Assembly (NCBI RefSeq): GCF_018977255.1
Contig: NW_024704745.1
Coordinates: 61,938,001-62,002,000, forward strand
DNA length: 64,000 bases
Source of the DNA: Callorhinchus milii
Taxonomy: Eukaryota
Reading direction: 5' to 3'
Every line of letters begins with the position of its first letter. Within the stretch, counting starts at the first letter, position 1. A program made the translations under genes and the position numbers. The notes under the pieces were generated by a model. It did not search any database and was not told where the DNA came from. It worked only from the letters and a program-made list of their open reading frames with translations. This document shows, piece by piece, positions 52,301 to 64,000 of this stretch.

Positions 52301-52984
52301 CCAACAGGCTCCATGGGGTGGGTGGGGGGTGGAGGTTGGAGAAGAGGTATATTGCACTATTTGAATTCCCAAGAGTGGCAGCAAATAGATTAGCCACTGC
52401 TTTCTGCTGATTATATATTAAGACAAGCACAGAAGTAAGGAAGAGTTAAAGCCAAAAGAACCCTTTAATGGTTTNAAAAAAGGATTAGCAAACGCTGTAA
52501 TCAATTATATAACAATTGTCTTCTCCACCACGCTCCAATTGTTTCTTGGGTCAATGACTAATAAAGCAGTTGTAAATGTGTGGATATATATGGATTGTCT
52601 GGTTAGTCGTTTATAGTTAATCTTAAAAGCACAGTTGTGGGTGAAAAGTTCTATCATTGGATTCTACTAATGTTAGTTATGTTTCTTATGTTATACCAGT
52701 TTCATAGTAGCATTGAGATTTTCCAGTGAACATTTTCTCCCTATAATATTGCTGACCTCTCTGAAGAAGGTGACCCACGTTGAGGTCAGTGCCTGACAAT
52801 GCTCAAGTGCTTCAACCAATTTACCAATCTTCGCCTGCTGGGTTACCAGCTATTTGACTAAGAGGAACTTCATAGCTTTTTATTTGAGACTTGAAGACTA
52901 GTCCTGCGAATTACACTAATATTCGATTCCCTCGTTTTTCTTGAGCACTGTATTGCATCGCACTCCATGATATTCCAAAAATGT

Positions 52985-53172
52985 GATGGAGTTGTGCTAC
53001 ATTGTCAGAGGTGCATCCTTCGATGAGACGTTAAACCACGGTTCATCTGTTCATCATTCAGCCGCATTTCCCTACAAATGCACAGTTACTACACTTCACA
53101 GCAAAATCCTGTGAAGCACATTGAGTTGTCTCGGTGATGTAATAAGGCAGTATATCAAATGCAAAGATTACT
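52985..53172 (+). mobile_element. Internally deleted DeuSINE
   Basis: gaggtgcatccttcgatgagacgttaaacc joined to the SINE tail. Confidence 0.75.
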
Positions 53173-54654
53173 TATAAGTGGAAATCTGTTTTTTTAATTT
53201 TTCCATTTTATTTAATTTCCTACCTAAATATACAATAGAATCCAATCATGTTCTCTCCCACTGGCCTCGCATGTGAACTTTCCAATGGGGGGCAATATGT
53301 AGCGATCAGAAACCTGAAATTCCTGACAATCTAATAGCAGTAAAACACCTTTCATATTAAGTGTGAATTTAAGAATTTTCCAAAAATTCTTAAATTCAAA
53401 GGCAGTCATTTTAAGACTGAAACGAAGAGAAATCTCAGGACTTCGGAATAAGGAACCATGGCATTTCTTTCCCTCCTCCTAACTAGAGGACAATTAATTC
53501 TTAAATGCAAGTCAAACAGCCTTTTTATGTTTGAATAAATATTGAGGCAGACATGTAAGTTAGTACAAAAGAAACTCATTACTGTGAATGTCCATATAAT
53601 CTGTATTTGGGTTGGATGTCAATTAATGTCCAGGCTAAACATGAATTTATTTTTTAAAAATAAAATAATGTGGTTGGACCTGCAACGGAAGTGATGTTCA
53701 ATTATATTTTAAGTGCACTTACCAATACTTGGAGTTCACATCTTATATACTGCCTGTTACAAAGAGGCAGCTGAGTACAATAGACCCAGATAGAGAAACA
53801 CTCTCCTTTCCTTTATTAAACTGGCAGCTCAGTGTCCTATTGAGCAAAATATGTTCCAGTTTAATACAAAAATAGAGTGGCTCATTTCCTTGCAAATTCC
53901 TTTAAAGTAATAAATTGCAGTCTGTGGCATAAGCAAACTTCAACAATGACCCCTCTTTGCTGAATCTCAGGCCGTGATTTACCGAGAAGCTGTATAATGC
54001 ACGTTGTAATGTTTGTGAGACCCTGATGTGGGGAAAATAAAAACGAGTCTTTACACTGGTGAGAGCTTACACTGCGGCTGAGTGATGTTAGCAAGGAGTT
54101 TCCGAAGTGGGGTGGGAGAGAAAAAACATACATGTGAAATAGTTAATCTTCAAAACCAGAGCTGCTGCCCATCATAATCATTGGCAGTCAATGGTTACCT
54201 GTGTTCTTATTTTCACAATTGAAGACTGGCTATAACTCACTCATGGAACTGGAAAGAGTATTCTAACTTGAGACATTTAATACCCTCAGACTTGCTCAAA
54301 ATGTGACACAGCATCGCTTTAGAAGGTGTAGGCTCACTTACGACCTCTGCTTATTTACTGAAGCAGGGTTGAGGAGCTCCATGAGAGAAGCTGTGACCAA
54401 TGCAAAAGAACAGGCACTGGGAGCTGTAAGAATGACCTGGAACTGGTCAGCAATAAATACCACAGGGAGGAGAATGTAAGTCTTTGATCATCAAGTGGTG
54501 TTGCATTTGTTTCTTCATTTTTCGTTTTTCGACTGAAAGCATTTGACTCCTTTTCTCATGAAATCATCAGTGGAGTTGCATTGTGTTGTTTAAGGAACTG
54601 CCTGCACAGATTCTCGTGTGGCTAAGTTGCTCAGTTGTTAATAGTAAAGTGAAC

Positions 54655-54870
54655 GATACAGGCCCCATGTTTAATCTCATGTTTAAGTTACATTCTAAGT
54701 TTGGATGCCACATTTGCACCACCTTAGCATCCTCTGAGCTAGAAAAATATCAGCCGGGAGTCTCTAACCTGAATGCGATTGAGTTAGATCAGGATGAATT
54801 CAACTGTGATGTTCTCCACAACTGAATAGGCTGACGATACTCACTATTTGGGTCACTTGGGTGAGGCTTT
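54655..54870 (+). mobile_element. Ancient SINE-like repeat (third family)
   Basis: aaaatatcagccgggagt..ctgtgatgttctccaca..gaataggctg..ctcact..ggtcacttgggtgagg. Confidence 0.55.
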
Positions 54871-55189
54871 GCAGGGAAACCATATTTGAAGCATGTTAAT
54901 CAGTGACTGGGCACAAAAGTCAGCAGAAGAGTTGAAGGGAAGTCACAGTGGTTGTGTCCCATTACTTTGGCAGACAACGGAAATTAGACCCAACTTCCCT
55001 TTGACTGCACTAGCTGTTGCCACGAGGCTTTCTAAGATCAGAAGGTTGCAAGTTCAAGGTTGCTGAGGTATTTGATGTGAGCTGGAGCAACATTTGGCCT
55101 CAGAACCTTTGTTTTAATGCAGGAGATTGGCTGGTTCCCCCCAGAAGCTGCAAGTGCACCACAGGGGCATCTGTGTTAAAAGCAAACCC

Positions 55190-55473
55190 TAAAGAAGTGC
55201 TTAAGAGAAGGCAGTTTCTCCTGGTGTCCTGGCCAATAAATCCCCTAAATAAAAATTGGTTAATCACTTTATGGCTGTTTGTGAGAATTTGCTATGCATA
55301 AATTGGTTGCTGTGTTTCACCCAGGAAATGCACTTTACAGTAAGATATTTAATTATGGTCTGGACTGATAACACAGATCAAGTCCACAGTCACAATACGT
55401 TGTATTATGTGAAGCACTTTGAGATGTCTCAACGATGTGATAAGGCTCTATATCAAATGTAAGGATTTTTATT
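55190..55473 (+). mobile_element. DeuSINE 3' half
   Basis: gtttctcctggtgtcctggccaa..ggctgtttgtg..tail. Confidence 0.75.
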
Positions 55474-55479
55474 TTGACA

Positions 55480-55715
55480 TAGGGCATGAAAACATCAGCT
55501 TGGGTTCCTACTTTTGATTGCTATATGGAGACTACTGTTGAACTAGTGTGCTGTTTGGATGATGTGGGATTGGGCTCAGGTCTTGTATACTTCTAAGATA
55601 AGTCTGGGCTCATGTATTAAGCATGGTCACTTGTGTGAGGCAGTGGAGGGCAGGTGGCACTCTTGGAACAGGATCACTGCATAGAGAAATAGCGGAAAAA
55701 ATAGTTTAAAAAAAG
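55480..55715 (+). mobile_element. Ancient SINE-like repeat (third family)
   Basis: aaacatcagcttgggttcctacttttgattgctat..tggtcacttgtgtgaggcagtggaggg..tggaac and an A-rich end. Confidence 0.55.
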
Positions 55716-57381
55716 GTAAAAAGACAAAGTGATCTTGCATGCACCACCACCAGGGTTCTATGGACTTCATACTGTTGGTTGGCAGGAAATGCCTCAGATT
55801 TGTTCAACATTAACGTAACGCATAAAATCAAGCAGGGACTGCCTGAATCTATCTCAGCTTTTAATGGGTGCATCCTTTAAGTGACCTGTCAATGAATTGT
55901 TAGAAACAAAGGCTGCTGAAAAACATTCATTTGGCAACCTTTACAAAATATATTTGCAGCAATACTGGCCTTATTAACATGCAAGCATTTGCATTAGGTT
56001 TTGGGCCACATAAAAAGTAATATGCAGTGTCATCTTTGGAAGTTCTTTATTTGTACGGGATGATTAAGTTGGGGCCACTCATTTATCAGTACCGTTCATT
56101 TGTTGAAAACGATCACTTGTTATTAATTGATGTGATAGCAACACTGAGGTAAAATTAATGTATGTTCAGCAGAGGTCAGACTGTCGGTAGTGGGTAGCTA
56201 TCAAATAGAAAGACGTGAGATAAATAGTAGCTGTGGTGCCACCATTGCACAAGAGATAACCAGGAAATATTAAGCGACACTATGGTGATATCTATCTTTA
56301 TTGGCATGATTTAAAAAAAATTAATTCTGCACTATTGTGTAACTGGTGAACATCTGGTGTAAATATTAAATAATTTCATTGCATTATAACCTGCAATACT
56401 TGTTTAATCCTTGCCATTATTCTATTTGCAGAATTAATTTCTGGAATTTAGGTGACGGGTTTAAATTTTGGTCAGTCATACACTCTCTCACCCTTTGGCC
56501 TGCCTTGGATGTGCTAATCTTATTTGACTATGCCAAGCTGTTCTCTGTACCCTGTGAGTTGGTAATATACTCCCATCTCTCATATAGGCAGGCAGCAGAG
56601 GTAAAGAATGCACCAAGGCAACATGTTCTGTCTGCCTTGAACAGACTGTAATGAATTGCGCTTTCAGCAGTAAGACAGACAAATTTTTCTTTTAATCCAA
56701 GTATGCCAATGAGGAATTTGGTCCCCACACCTGTTTAATAATGACCGTGAAAATAAATTTGTCTATGTACGTCTGTTTACGGGTCACTGCAGAAACAGGG
56801 AGTGTAGTGCATTTTGCAGGCCTGATGTACATAATCAGGGTAATTGATATTTGGAGCAGCCAGTTTTCAGTAGCACAGGTTTGCTTCTCCCAGTGAGGCT
56901 ATGATCTGTGTTATCAGTCCAGCCCATAATTAAATATCACTCTCTTACAATATGTTTCAGGTTCCTTAATGAGTCTGAACCAGAAGCAGTCACCTCTTTT
57001 CCCTCAGAGCTTTATTTGCTTGTTATTAAACAATATTATTGAGCTGATTGTATTCTCAGTTGTGTCGCTGTTTCCATAATCATATTTGATTTAAAGAATA
57101 CTCAGTTACTGGCAGACTCGCCTTTTTACCTGAGGAAAGCTTTTTAGAGAAACAAAATAAAGGCATTTTAGTCCTTCCTAATTCCATTCGATTGCAAGAT
57201 TTGTACCAAATGTAAAGGGGAAGGTTTTTTTCATGGTTGTTTTTCCATCACAAATCCCCCCACCCCACCACCATGCAGACTCCTGTGACTTTCATCATGA
57301 CCTTGTGCTGTGTTGTTAAGGGTCCAATTTGCTCATTGTTCCATGCTTGCATAATTCCCAACCCCCCCCACCCACCTCCCT

Positions 57382-57422
57382 ACACGCACAGACACGCGCG
57401 CACACACAGACACACACACAGA
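57382..57422. repeat. Imperfect (CA)n/(CG) microsatellite
   Basis: acacgcacagacacgcgcgcacacacagacacacacacaga. Confidence 0.8.
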
Positions 57423-59586
57423 CTTAAACCTTTGCTGTTTGGATCTGCTCATTTAAATTCTATGGGTAAGCGCTATTCATTTGAAGCTAGCAAGCTGTGT
57501 AGTTTCAGTAATTCATTCTAACCTCTTTCCACAGATTCCCCTCTCAACCCGCAATAAGCAATGTATTAAGTTTGCTCTGAAAAAAAATCCTTTCGCTTTC
57601 TGCCGTGTCACTTTTCCTCACAAGTTGCAGGCACGCCGCAGATTGGCCCTTTTTTTTTTCACATGCAGGTTGCCACGGTGAAGATTTACAATGCCAGTTA
57701 TTCACACATCTGCCTTCCTTTTTTTCCTCCTCATTGTGAAATCCCCTGGGTGAAGGCAACCTTGATACCCAAACTCGTAAAATTCATGCAGGCTTATCGT
57801 CCTAATGCTGATGCTGTTTTCAGGCGCTCATTACCTTAACCAGCTGCTCTGGCACACACCCGCCAAGGCATGATGGGACCACAAGCCAATATGTAGACCG
57901 ACAAATGCATTTCTCCCTGCAGTGATATCAGACGGAAATATCAAACATGGCAACATCAGGCATACCAGAGCCTTATTAAACAATACTCTCCCTCTCTGAA
58001 CTGTAAGCCTTAAAATATTATTCTCAGGCAACAATAGTTTAACAAAAAAATATATTTTTGCTTTGAATAGAAAGTTTTAAATTGGGGGTCTCTCACTTCC
58101 AAACAATGAGCTAATTTCTTCCTGCAGTAACATATCATCAACTGGGAGGGCACTCTTGCAGCAATGCAGCCCAGTCGAGCACATGTAGTTGTTTCATGAA
58201 CGAATACAAACTCTTCATCGGTGCATTGTTTTTCACGTCAGTACCCAACATTTTGAGAGCTAAACATCTGTTTGATGAATATTTTGCTTAAAAGAAATTT
58301 GCCCCAAGCAAGAAACTAAGAGCCTTGGCAAACACTGTCGTACACTGCAGCTTGTGCGTTTTAAAAGTATAAATCACCTGACAAACGTTGTGACGTGGTC
58401 AGTGACCGCACAGTATTTAACAGTTACCTGAGGCCACAAGTACTGCCTTGTTGCCCTGAGATCACAAACTATTCCTGCAACAAAAGCACTGTTCACCTGC
58501 AAAAGAGCTTGAAGAAAGCAAATCCTCGTTGTAAATCTGTTAAATGTAGGCCCATTTTGTTTAACATAGGGACTTCTGCAGAGGTTACCAGCAGCTTATG
58601 ATTTGATGGTGAGACGCTCAAAAGCCTGGCAATGGTGACATGTAAACCTCATGGGGACAATACAATATACCTGTGTACCAGCATTAGCAACGACTTGTTT
58701 GCCAGAAAATCCTGTTTTATAAATTTTTATGCTGTATTAGCATTTGCCCAGAACCACCATTGGACTCTCTTCCTCTATGGTTTAGTTTTTATGGTTTTTT
58801 TTTGGTATCAATATCATTACTTCAGGAAGCTTCCTTTTCAGAGGAAAACAGTTCGCAACACATATCCTGTCCCCATTCTCTTTAAAGATGAGAATTACCA
58901 TCTTGGACTTGATCCACAGGGAGATGGGGAGCCAATGGAGTCCAGCGAGAACCACAAAAAGCATCTGCTGCAGAAAAGTAAAATAATGTCATTCCAACAA
59001 CGAGAGCTCCTCCAACCTGGGATTGCCTTTCCAACCCCAAAACAACTTCAAGGTGTTAAAATATGGGTTTGAGAGATGATGGGATACTGCAGCGATAGAA
59101 CGGTAAAGAGAACAAAAGATAGAGCCAACGTTGAGGAGGAAGGGGGAAGAATTGGGAAACATTGTCAGCAAAGAAAAGGGTCACAGGTGGCGAATCAGAA
59201 ACGTACAGAGGATTGCTACTTGCGGTCTATCTCAGTCCTGTCCTATATTTCTAAGAGAAAGATAAATCAAGCGAAACTGATGCCACATTGAAGAGGCAGG
59301 AAAAGCAAGGAAACTGAGAGAAAGAACCATTTTATCAGTAATTCAGAGAGAGAGGAAGGGTAAATGTAACCTCTGAGACAAGACATGCTGTGCACTGCAC
59401 TGGCACTGATCCAGCTTGTTGACATTTTAACCTCTGTGTACAACAGTAGAATGTAAAATTCATTACTAAAGTACTGTACCAGGTTTCTGATCTGTGGAGC
59501 CAATGTATGGAAGTGAAATCACATAAAATATCCAGTCCTACATCCTCTTATTTGAACACTGGTTGAGTCTGTGATTCTGACTGTAC

Positions 59587-59744
59587 TACAATAAACTCCT
59601 AATATCTCGACCCTGGCTTAATTTGTCACCACTACTAACTCATCCTGCTATCAATATCCTGGATGCATTTATTTTTTAATTTATGTATAATATGTATTAT
59701 ACTCCGGATAAATTGTCACTGAGCTTTATCAGGAGTTGATTATA
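59587..59744. mobile_element. Putative Tc1/mariner (pogo/Tigger-like) MITE relic
   Basis: Left end TACAATAAACTCCTAATAT versus reverse-complemented right end TATAATCAACTCCTGATAA (15/19 matches), with TA at both ends. Confidence 0.5.
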
Positions 59745-59956
59745 CATTTATACATGACAAATTTTATTATACAAAGAATCCATTGATCACTCCAAGACAG
59801 CGGAGTTCTGTGGCAACTTTGATGTTTAAACCCATAGTCAAATCACATAAGGGAACGTACAAACAGAGGCGAATGGAAACCATATGAAAATAGTCAAACA
59901 ATTTAACAAAATAATAAATCATAACCAATTAAAAAGAAAAAAAATCATGATCCTCA

Positions 59957-60078
59957 CAGTCACGGCTCTCAACAGATCTCCTCAGTGATGACACTCATCA
60001 GAACTCCACAGCATTGTTTCTTGTCAGATCTAATCAGTAATGGCTCTCATCAGATCTCCCATGGTCATGACTCTTCCA
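59957..60078. repeat. Degenerate 26-bp minisatellite, ~4.5 copies
   Basis: Units start at 59957, 59983, 60009, 60035 and ~60061, with consensus near CAGTAATGGCTCTCATCAGATCTCCA. Confidence 0.8.
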
Positions 60079-60079
60079 T

Positions 60080-60548
60080 AGTTCCCTTGGCATTATTTGA
60101 AAAGGAAAGGGAGTTTCTCCCAGTGTCCTGGCCAACAGATTATTGGTCATTCACTTCATGGCTGTTTATGAGACATTGACATTGCTGTGTGTAAATTGTC
60201 TACCTGGTTCGCCTTCTGCCTTTTGGGTTTTAAGCAGGAAGTGTCAGAAAAGTTACCACAGGGATGAGTGACTTGTGGTGACCAAGTGTTCATAGTGAAG
60301 TTGTTTTTGATCCTTCAATGTCAGCTCTTCCTATCACTGTGAAGCAGAATTCACCAAGTGTTAGATTGTTCATCCACTAATAAGAAACGTCAGCTGGGTT
60401 TAGACCACAGTGAGACAGTTTACTGGTGATGTGTTGTTGCAGTAGTAATCAGCCACTGCACAGTCACTACACTTTATATAAATCCTGTGCACCAAACACT
60501 TTGAGACATCCTCCCAATTCTAAATCAAAGTTAAGGATTATTATTATA
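60080..60548 (+). mobile_element. DeuSINE 3' half interrupted by a 28S rRNA fragment
   Basis: SINE body runs to ...aaattgtctacctggttcgcc and resumes at ..cacagtcactacacttta..ctttgagacatcctccc..ggattattatt. Confidence 0.8.
60212..60450 (+). pseudogene. Decayed 28S rRNA fragment (domain V, peptidyl-transferase region)
   Basis: Matches recalled eukaryotic LSU sequence GGTGTCAGAAAAGTTACCACAGGGATAACTGGCTTGTGG..TTTTTGATCCTTCGATGTCGGCTCTTCCTATCATTGTGAAGCAGAATTCACCAAGCGTTGGATTGTTCACCCACTAAT..GAGCTGGGTTTAGACC. Many mismatches are CpG>TpG/CpA. Confidence 0.93.
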
Positions 60549-61669
60549 ACCGATTTGACAAAGTGAAGAGCCAAAGGATTTAAGAACAGATATTACATTT
60601 TAAAACTCCCACATGCAGTTATTATAGGAGACTGCTTTAAACAAATTAATTCCCTTTTATAGAATTGAAAAATCAAAGCTGGAGAATCTTTACCTTCCAT
60701 CATTCTTTCAGTCTCCTGGCTTTCTTGCTAAGTATATTTATAACGTTCTAAGTAATTTTTGTTGAAACAGTGACTATCATATTCAACAAGTGTGGCTCAC
60801 AGTTTGTGTTGTCACTAGGCAACTGAGGATTTATTTTTCTGTAATTGGTTTTTAGATAGGATTGTTTTTGTGTTCAAGGTGAAGGGTCTCAGTGCTGGGA
60901 ATGGAATTTCATTTTACACTTTTTGCACAGTGTCAGCACACTTCAAGGTCAGCTATGTGTCCAAGGTTGGAAGCTCCCTCTGCTCCACCCTCAGCAGTAT
61001 GCCTTCAATCGCATGAAGAGTTTTATCTTATCAATCCTTTTGGATTCAAACCCAGGTCATGAGAGAAGAAGTCAGTGAAATCATCCCACACATGTACACA
61101 GAACAGGAATCTGTGCTCAGCCAGAAGGTCATCTCCTAAGTGCTACACTGTACTTTGATACAGTGTAGATGAGAGAGAGAAGAAATTCAATCTGCACAGG
61201 AAGTGATATGAGTGGTGGCCATTTTTTCAGGAAGTGGTGTCATCAATTGCGATTTTCCCCCAGGAAATGATGTTAGCATAATTTGGGGGGGGGGGGGGTA
61301 ACAAATACAGAAATGCAGCCCACCTATTCCTGTTGTTCATACTTACCTGTTCACCTAGCTTTGAATCTGTTTAATACCCTGATTTACGCACTGACCAGAT
61401 GTAAACCAATTAATCCTAAAATGATGTCATTTGTGTGAGTACTATTCTTGTTGAATTTTAAGGGCTGTACAGGACTGAAACAGGCCATTCAGTCCAATTG
61501 GATTGTGCCCATTGTTTATACTCTCATGTGAAGTTTCATCCTAATCCTCTTTCCCTTACCACTCCTTTCCCTTCTCCCCATGTAGGCAAATTATCTTTTT
61601 GTTGAACAATGAATAGAATAGTGCTCCATTAATATGTAAATGAAACCAGGATTTGTAGTAATAATCCTA

Positions 61670-62146
61670 ATAGTAATCCTTACATTATTATTGAGCCTTC
61701 AGGTTGGCAGGACATCACAAAGCAGTTAACGTCCTCCCGACGTGAAAAGCGCTATATCAAATGCAAGGATTATTATTATTATTATTAACTACAAAGTGTA
61801 GTGAGTGTGTTTTTGTGGGCAAGCGTTGCAGATAATTTTGTCCACAGTAATGTCCCACAAACAGTCATGGAGTAAATTATTAATTTTATTTGGGGGATTG
61901 TTGGCTAGGACACCAGGAGAAACACCCTATTCTTTTTTTAATAGCGCAGAGGGATTTTTAACATCTGTCTGAATGGGCAAATGGGGCCTCGGGTTAAAAT
62001 CTCATCCAAATGACAGCACCTCCAAAATTGCAGGATAACCCCAGTACTGCACTGGCATTTCAGCTTAGACTATATGGGTTCCATGGGGTTTGAACCCACA
62101 AACTTTTGACCAGGAAGTGAGAGTTCTACCAACTAAGCCAGGCTGA
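61670..62146 (-). mobile_element. Near full-length DeuSINE with a nested + strand SINE tail at 61731-61784
   Basis: Reverse complement shows the head (cagcctggcttagttggtagaactctcac..gggttcaaaccc), the Deu core and the tail. Confidence 0.85.
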
Positions 62147-62904
62147 GATATCCTTACAGTATAAAGGGGATGTGGGGCAGGTGAGCCCGGAAACTCTGCA
62201 ATAACCTCACACTGAGTTGTAATGCCAAAGAGGGACTTCTATGTAACTTTTTAGTTGACATTTAGAGGGCAAATATATCAAAGAAGAGATAGAATGATCT
62301 GTCAAGATACAAGGGATAAAGATTTTATTTAATTTTGTACAAATTCTGTCATTCCGTACAATAAACTAAAAGATTTTGAAGGTGAAAAGGACTAATGAGC
62401 TAAATATCTCCTTGCATCAGAAAAAAGATTTAAAGTGTATCTCCCCAGGGCTGTGTGCATCATGTCACCCACAAGAATACAGCTCCGCCCATTGCAAATG
62501 TTTGCAAATACCATTAAAGCCAATTTGAGGAAGTTTAATTTTGTCTCTGGGTTTTCAGGAGAGATCAGTTTCTGACATTTCCTGAGTGCTCAGAGGGTAA
62601 AGCAAGTCCTATATCGGTCCAGGACAGCGATTTCCTATAATTAGCCTGACATCTGATTGCATGTCTTGTTTTCCTCATCACGGCAACATTTTGTGCCAGG
62701 CCATACAAACCGATACTGTTTACACTTTCTTTAACATAAGTGCCATTCTATTATCTAATTGTACCTCACAAACCAGGCTGTATATTTTCTACTGTAGTCT
62801 CAATAAAGCTCAAGGGAACTTGATCTGATGCTATGTTTGCCTTCAAAATCAGTCACTAAACTTGACAGTAATTACTTCAGAAGCGCTTTATGTCATGGAA
62901 TCTT

Positions 62905-63150
62905 TATACATCAAGTTGAACAGACAGATGGAACCTCAGTTAAAAGTCTCACCTGAAGGGCGGCACTTCCAACCATGCAGCTCACTTCCAGTACTGCCTT
63001 GAAGTGTCAACCTTGACTGTGAATTCGAAGTCCCAATGTGGGGCTTGTATATTTTCCATTGTGGTCATACCGTGGCTCAGGGGAACTTGATCTGAGGCTT
63101 TTGACCTATTGACTCGGAGGTGAGAGTACTACCAAATGAGTTAGGCTGAC
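62905..63150 (-). mobile_element. DeuSINE 5' and central fragment
   Basis: gaacagacagatggaacctcagttaaaagtctca..cagtactgc..gtgtcaacct..tgactcggaggtgagagtactacca. Confidence 0.75.
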
Positions 63151-63329
63151 ATACATGTGGCACTTAATACAATGAGGTACTTTTAACTCTAGTGACTGTT
63201 GTGATATCGGCGAATGCAGCAGCTGATGTTTGCCAGCAACATCTCAAAGAGGACAATGAGATCAATGATAAATGGATCTATTTATGCGGAATTTGAATGA
63301 GGGAAGATGAGGCCTCGGTCTACATTATG

Positions 63330-63558
63330 AGCTCAATTCCTGATCAAGGGATGGGATTGGGGGAGAGAGTTCCAACTTCCGGGAATTGTGGTTAAAAGCA
63401 CAACTGCCACTGGTGGAGGGGAGGAGGGAGAAACAGGAGGCCAGAGCCAGCCAAGCAGAAGCAGTAGAGCGGGGAGAAAGCAGGTCAGAAATGTAGGAAA
63501 GTGCCAGGGCGTGAAGGGATTTGTAGATGAGTGAGAGGATCTTGAAATCAATCCGTCA
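63330..63558 (-). mobile_element. Old L2 fragment
   Basis: gtgagaggatcttgaaatcaatccg (RIDFKILS on the minus strand, as at 33180) and WNSLP. Confidence 0.75.
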
Positions 63559-63609
63559 GTTTTCTGACCAAAAGATTAAAATGCTACCAAGTGAGGCAAA
63601 CTCACACTC

Positions 63610-63870
63610 AGAGCTCTGCAGTTATACTCTGTACTAATGGTGGGATGGAGAAAATCAGCCAGGATTCCTGATCTTGATGGTGATAGAATTCAGCAGGTAA
63701 GGAGAGGATCAGACTTTTTAAACTATTTCTCCCCTGGATGAATAGCCTGCACTCTCAAGGCTTACACTTAAAAATGGGCCATTGAAGCGAGGTACTAGAG
63801 TGTGCTTGTGGAACCATAGCCAAGTAGAAGTTAAAAGGAACCAAAAACTTTGAGGAAAGAAGAACACTGG
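63610..63870 (+). mobile_element. Ancient SINE-like repeat (third family)
   Basis: gagaaaatcagccaggattcctgatcttgat..gaatagcctgc..ggccattgaagcgaggtactagag..gtggaacc. Confidence 0.55.
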
Positions 63871-64000
63871 AGGAAACTGGCGGAGATCAATTGCTAAATT
63901 TGGAACAAAATCAGGTTGCTCAGCGCAAAGCAGGAAGTTATGCTACAGGAAGTTTTTACAATGTCCATTTTGTACATTTCCTGTTAGAAATATACATCAT

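Noticed and set aside
52475-52475. Single N base
   Set aside because: An assembly ambiguity, not biology.
57824-57873. Candidate next PCSK exon after ttttcag (G-A-H-Y-L-N...)
   Set aside because: It has no HPDL/NY motif and reaches an in-frame stop without a donor.
58632-59072. 146-aa ORF
   Set aside because: It includes an antisense L2 remnant (DPQGDGEP, compare 1081..1290) and has no coherent domain.
60212-60450. Functional rRNA gene
   Set aside because: It is only ~240 bp, has substitutions at universally conserved positions and a deletion, and lies inside a SINE.

Overview
This is AT-rich vertebrate genomic DNA. The repeat repertoire (L2 and CR1 LINEs, tRNA-headed SINEs with (TTA)n tails, SacSINE1/DeuSINE-like elements) points to a cartilaginous fish, probably a chimaera; that assignment is an inference. 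The window appears to lie mostly within the very large introns of a + strand kexin/subtilisin-type proprotein convertase (PCSK family) gene. I can support two exons, ~27209/27247-27362 and 40636-40744. They splice in phase to ...LRFNDPMWPKQWEL|YNNGQTSGPKRFDLNVMPAWQRHITGSGVVVTVVDDG, which includes the catalytic Asp motif. This peptide does not match, as I recall them, any canonical vertebrate PCSK and may be a divergent paralogue. The rest is a ~2 kb 5'-truncated, frameshifted L2 LINE (634-2630, -), many LINE 3' fragments, three SINE families, a decayed 28S rRNA fragment nested in a SINE (60212-60450), two degenerate minisatellites, MITE-like relics and several repeat-free blocks that may be conserved enhancers. 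I found no prokaryote-type system (CRISPR, operon, phage). Nearly all listed ORFs are spurious or transposon-derived. Repeat boundaries were placed by eye and are approximate.
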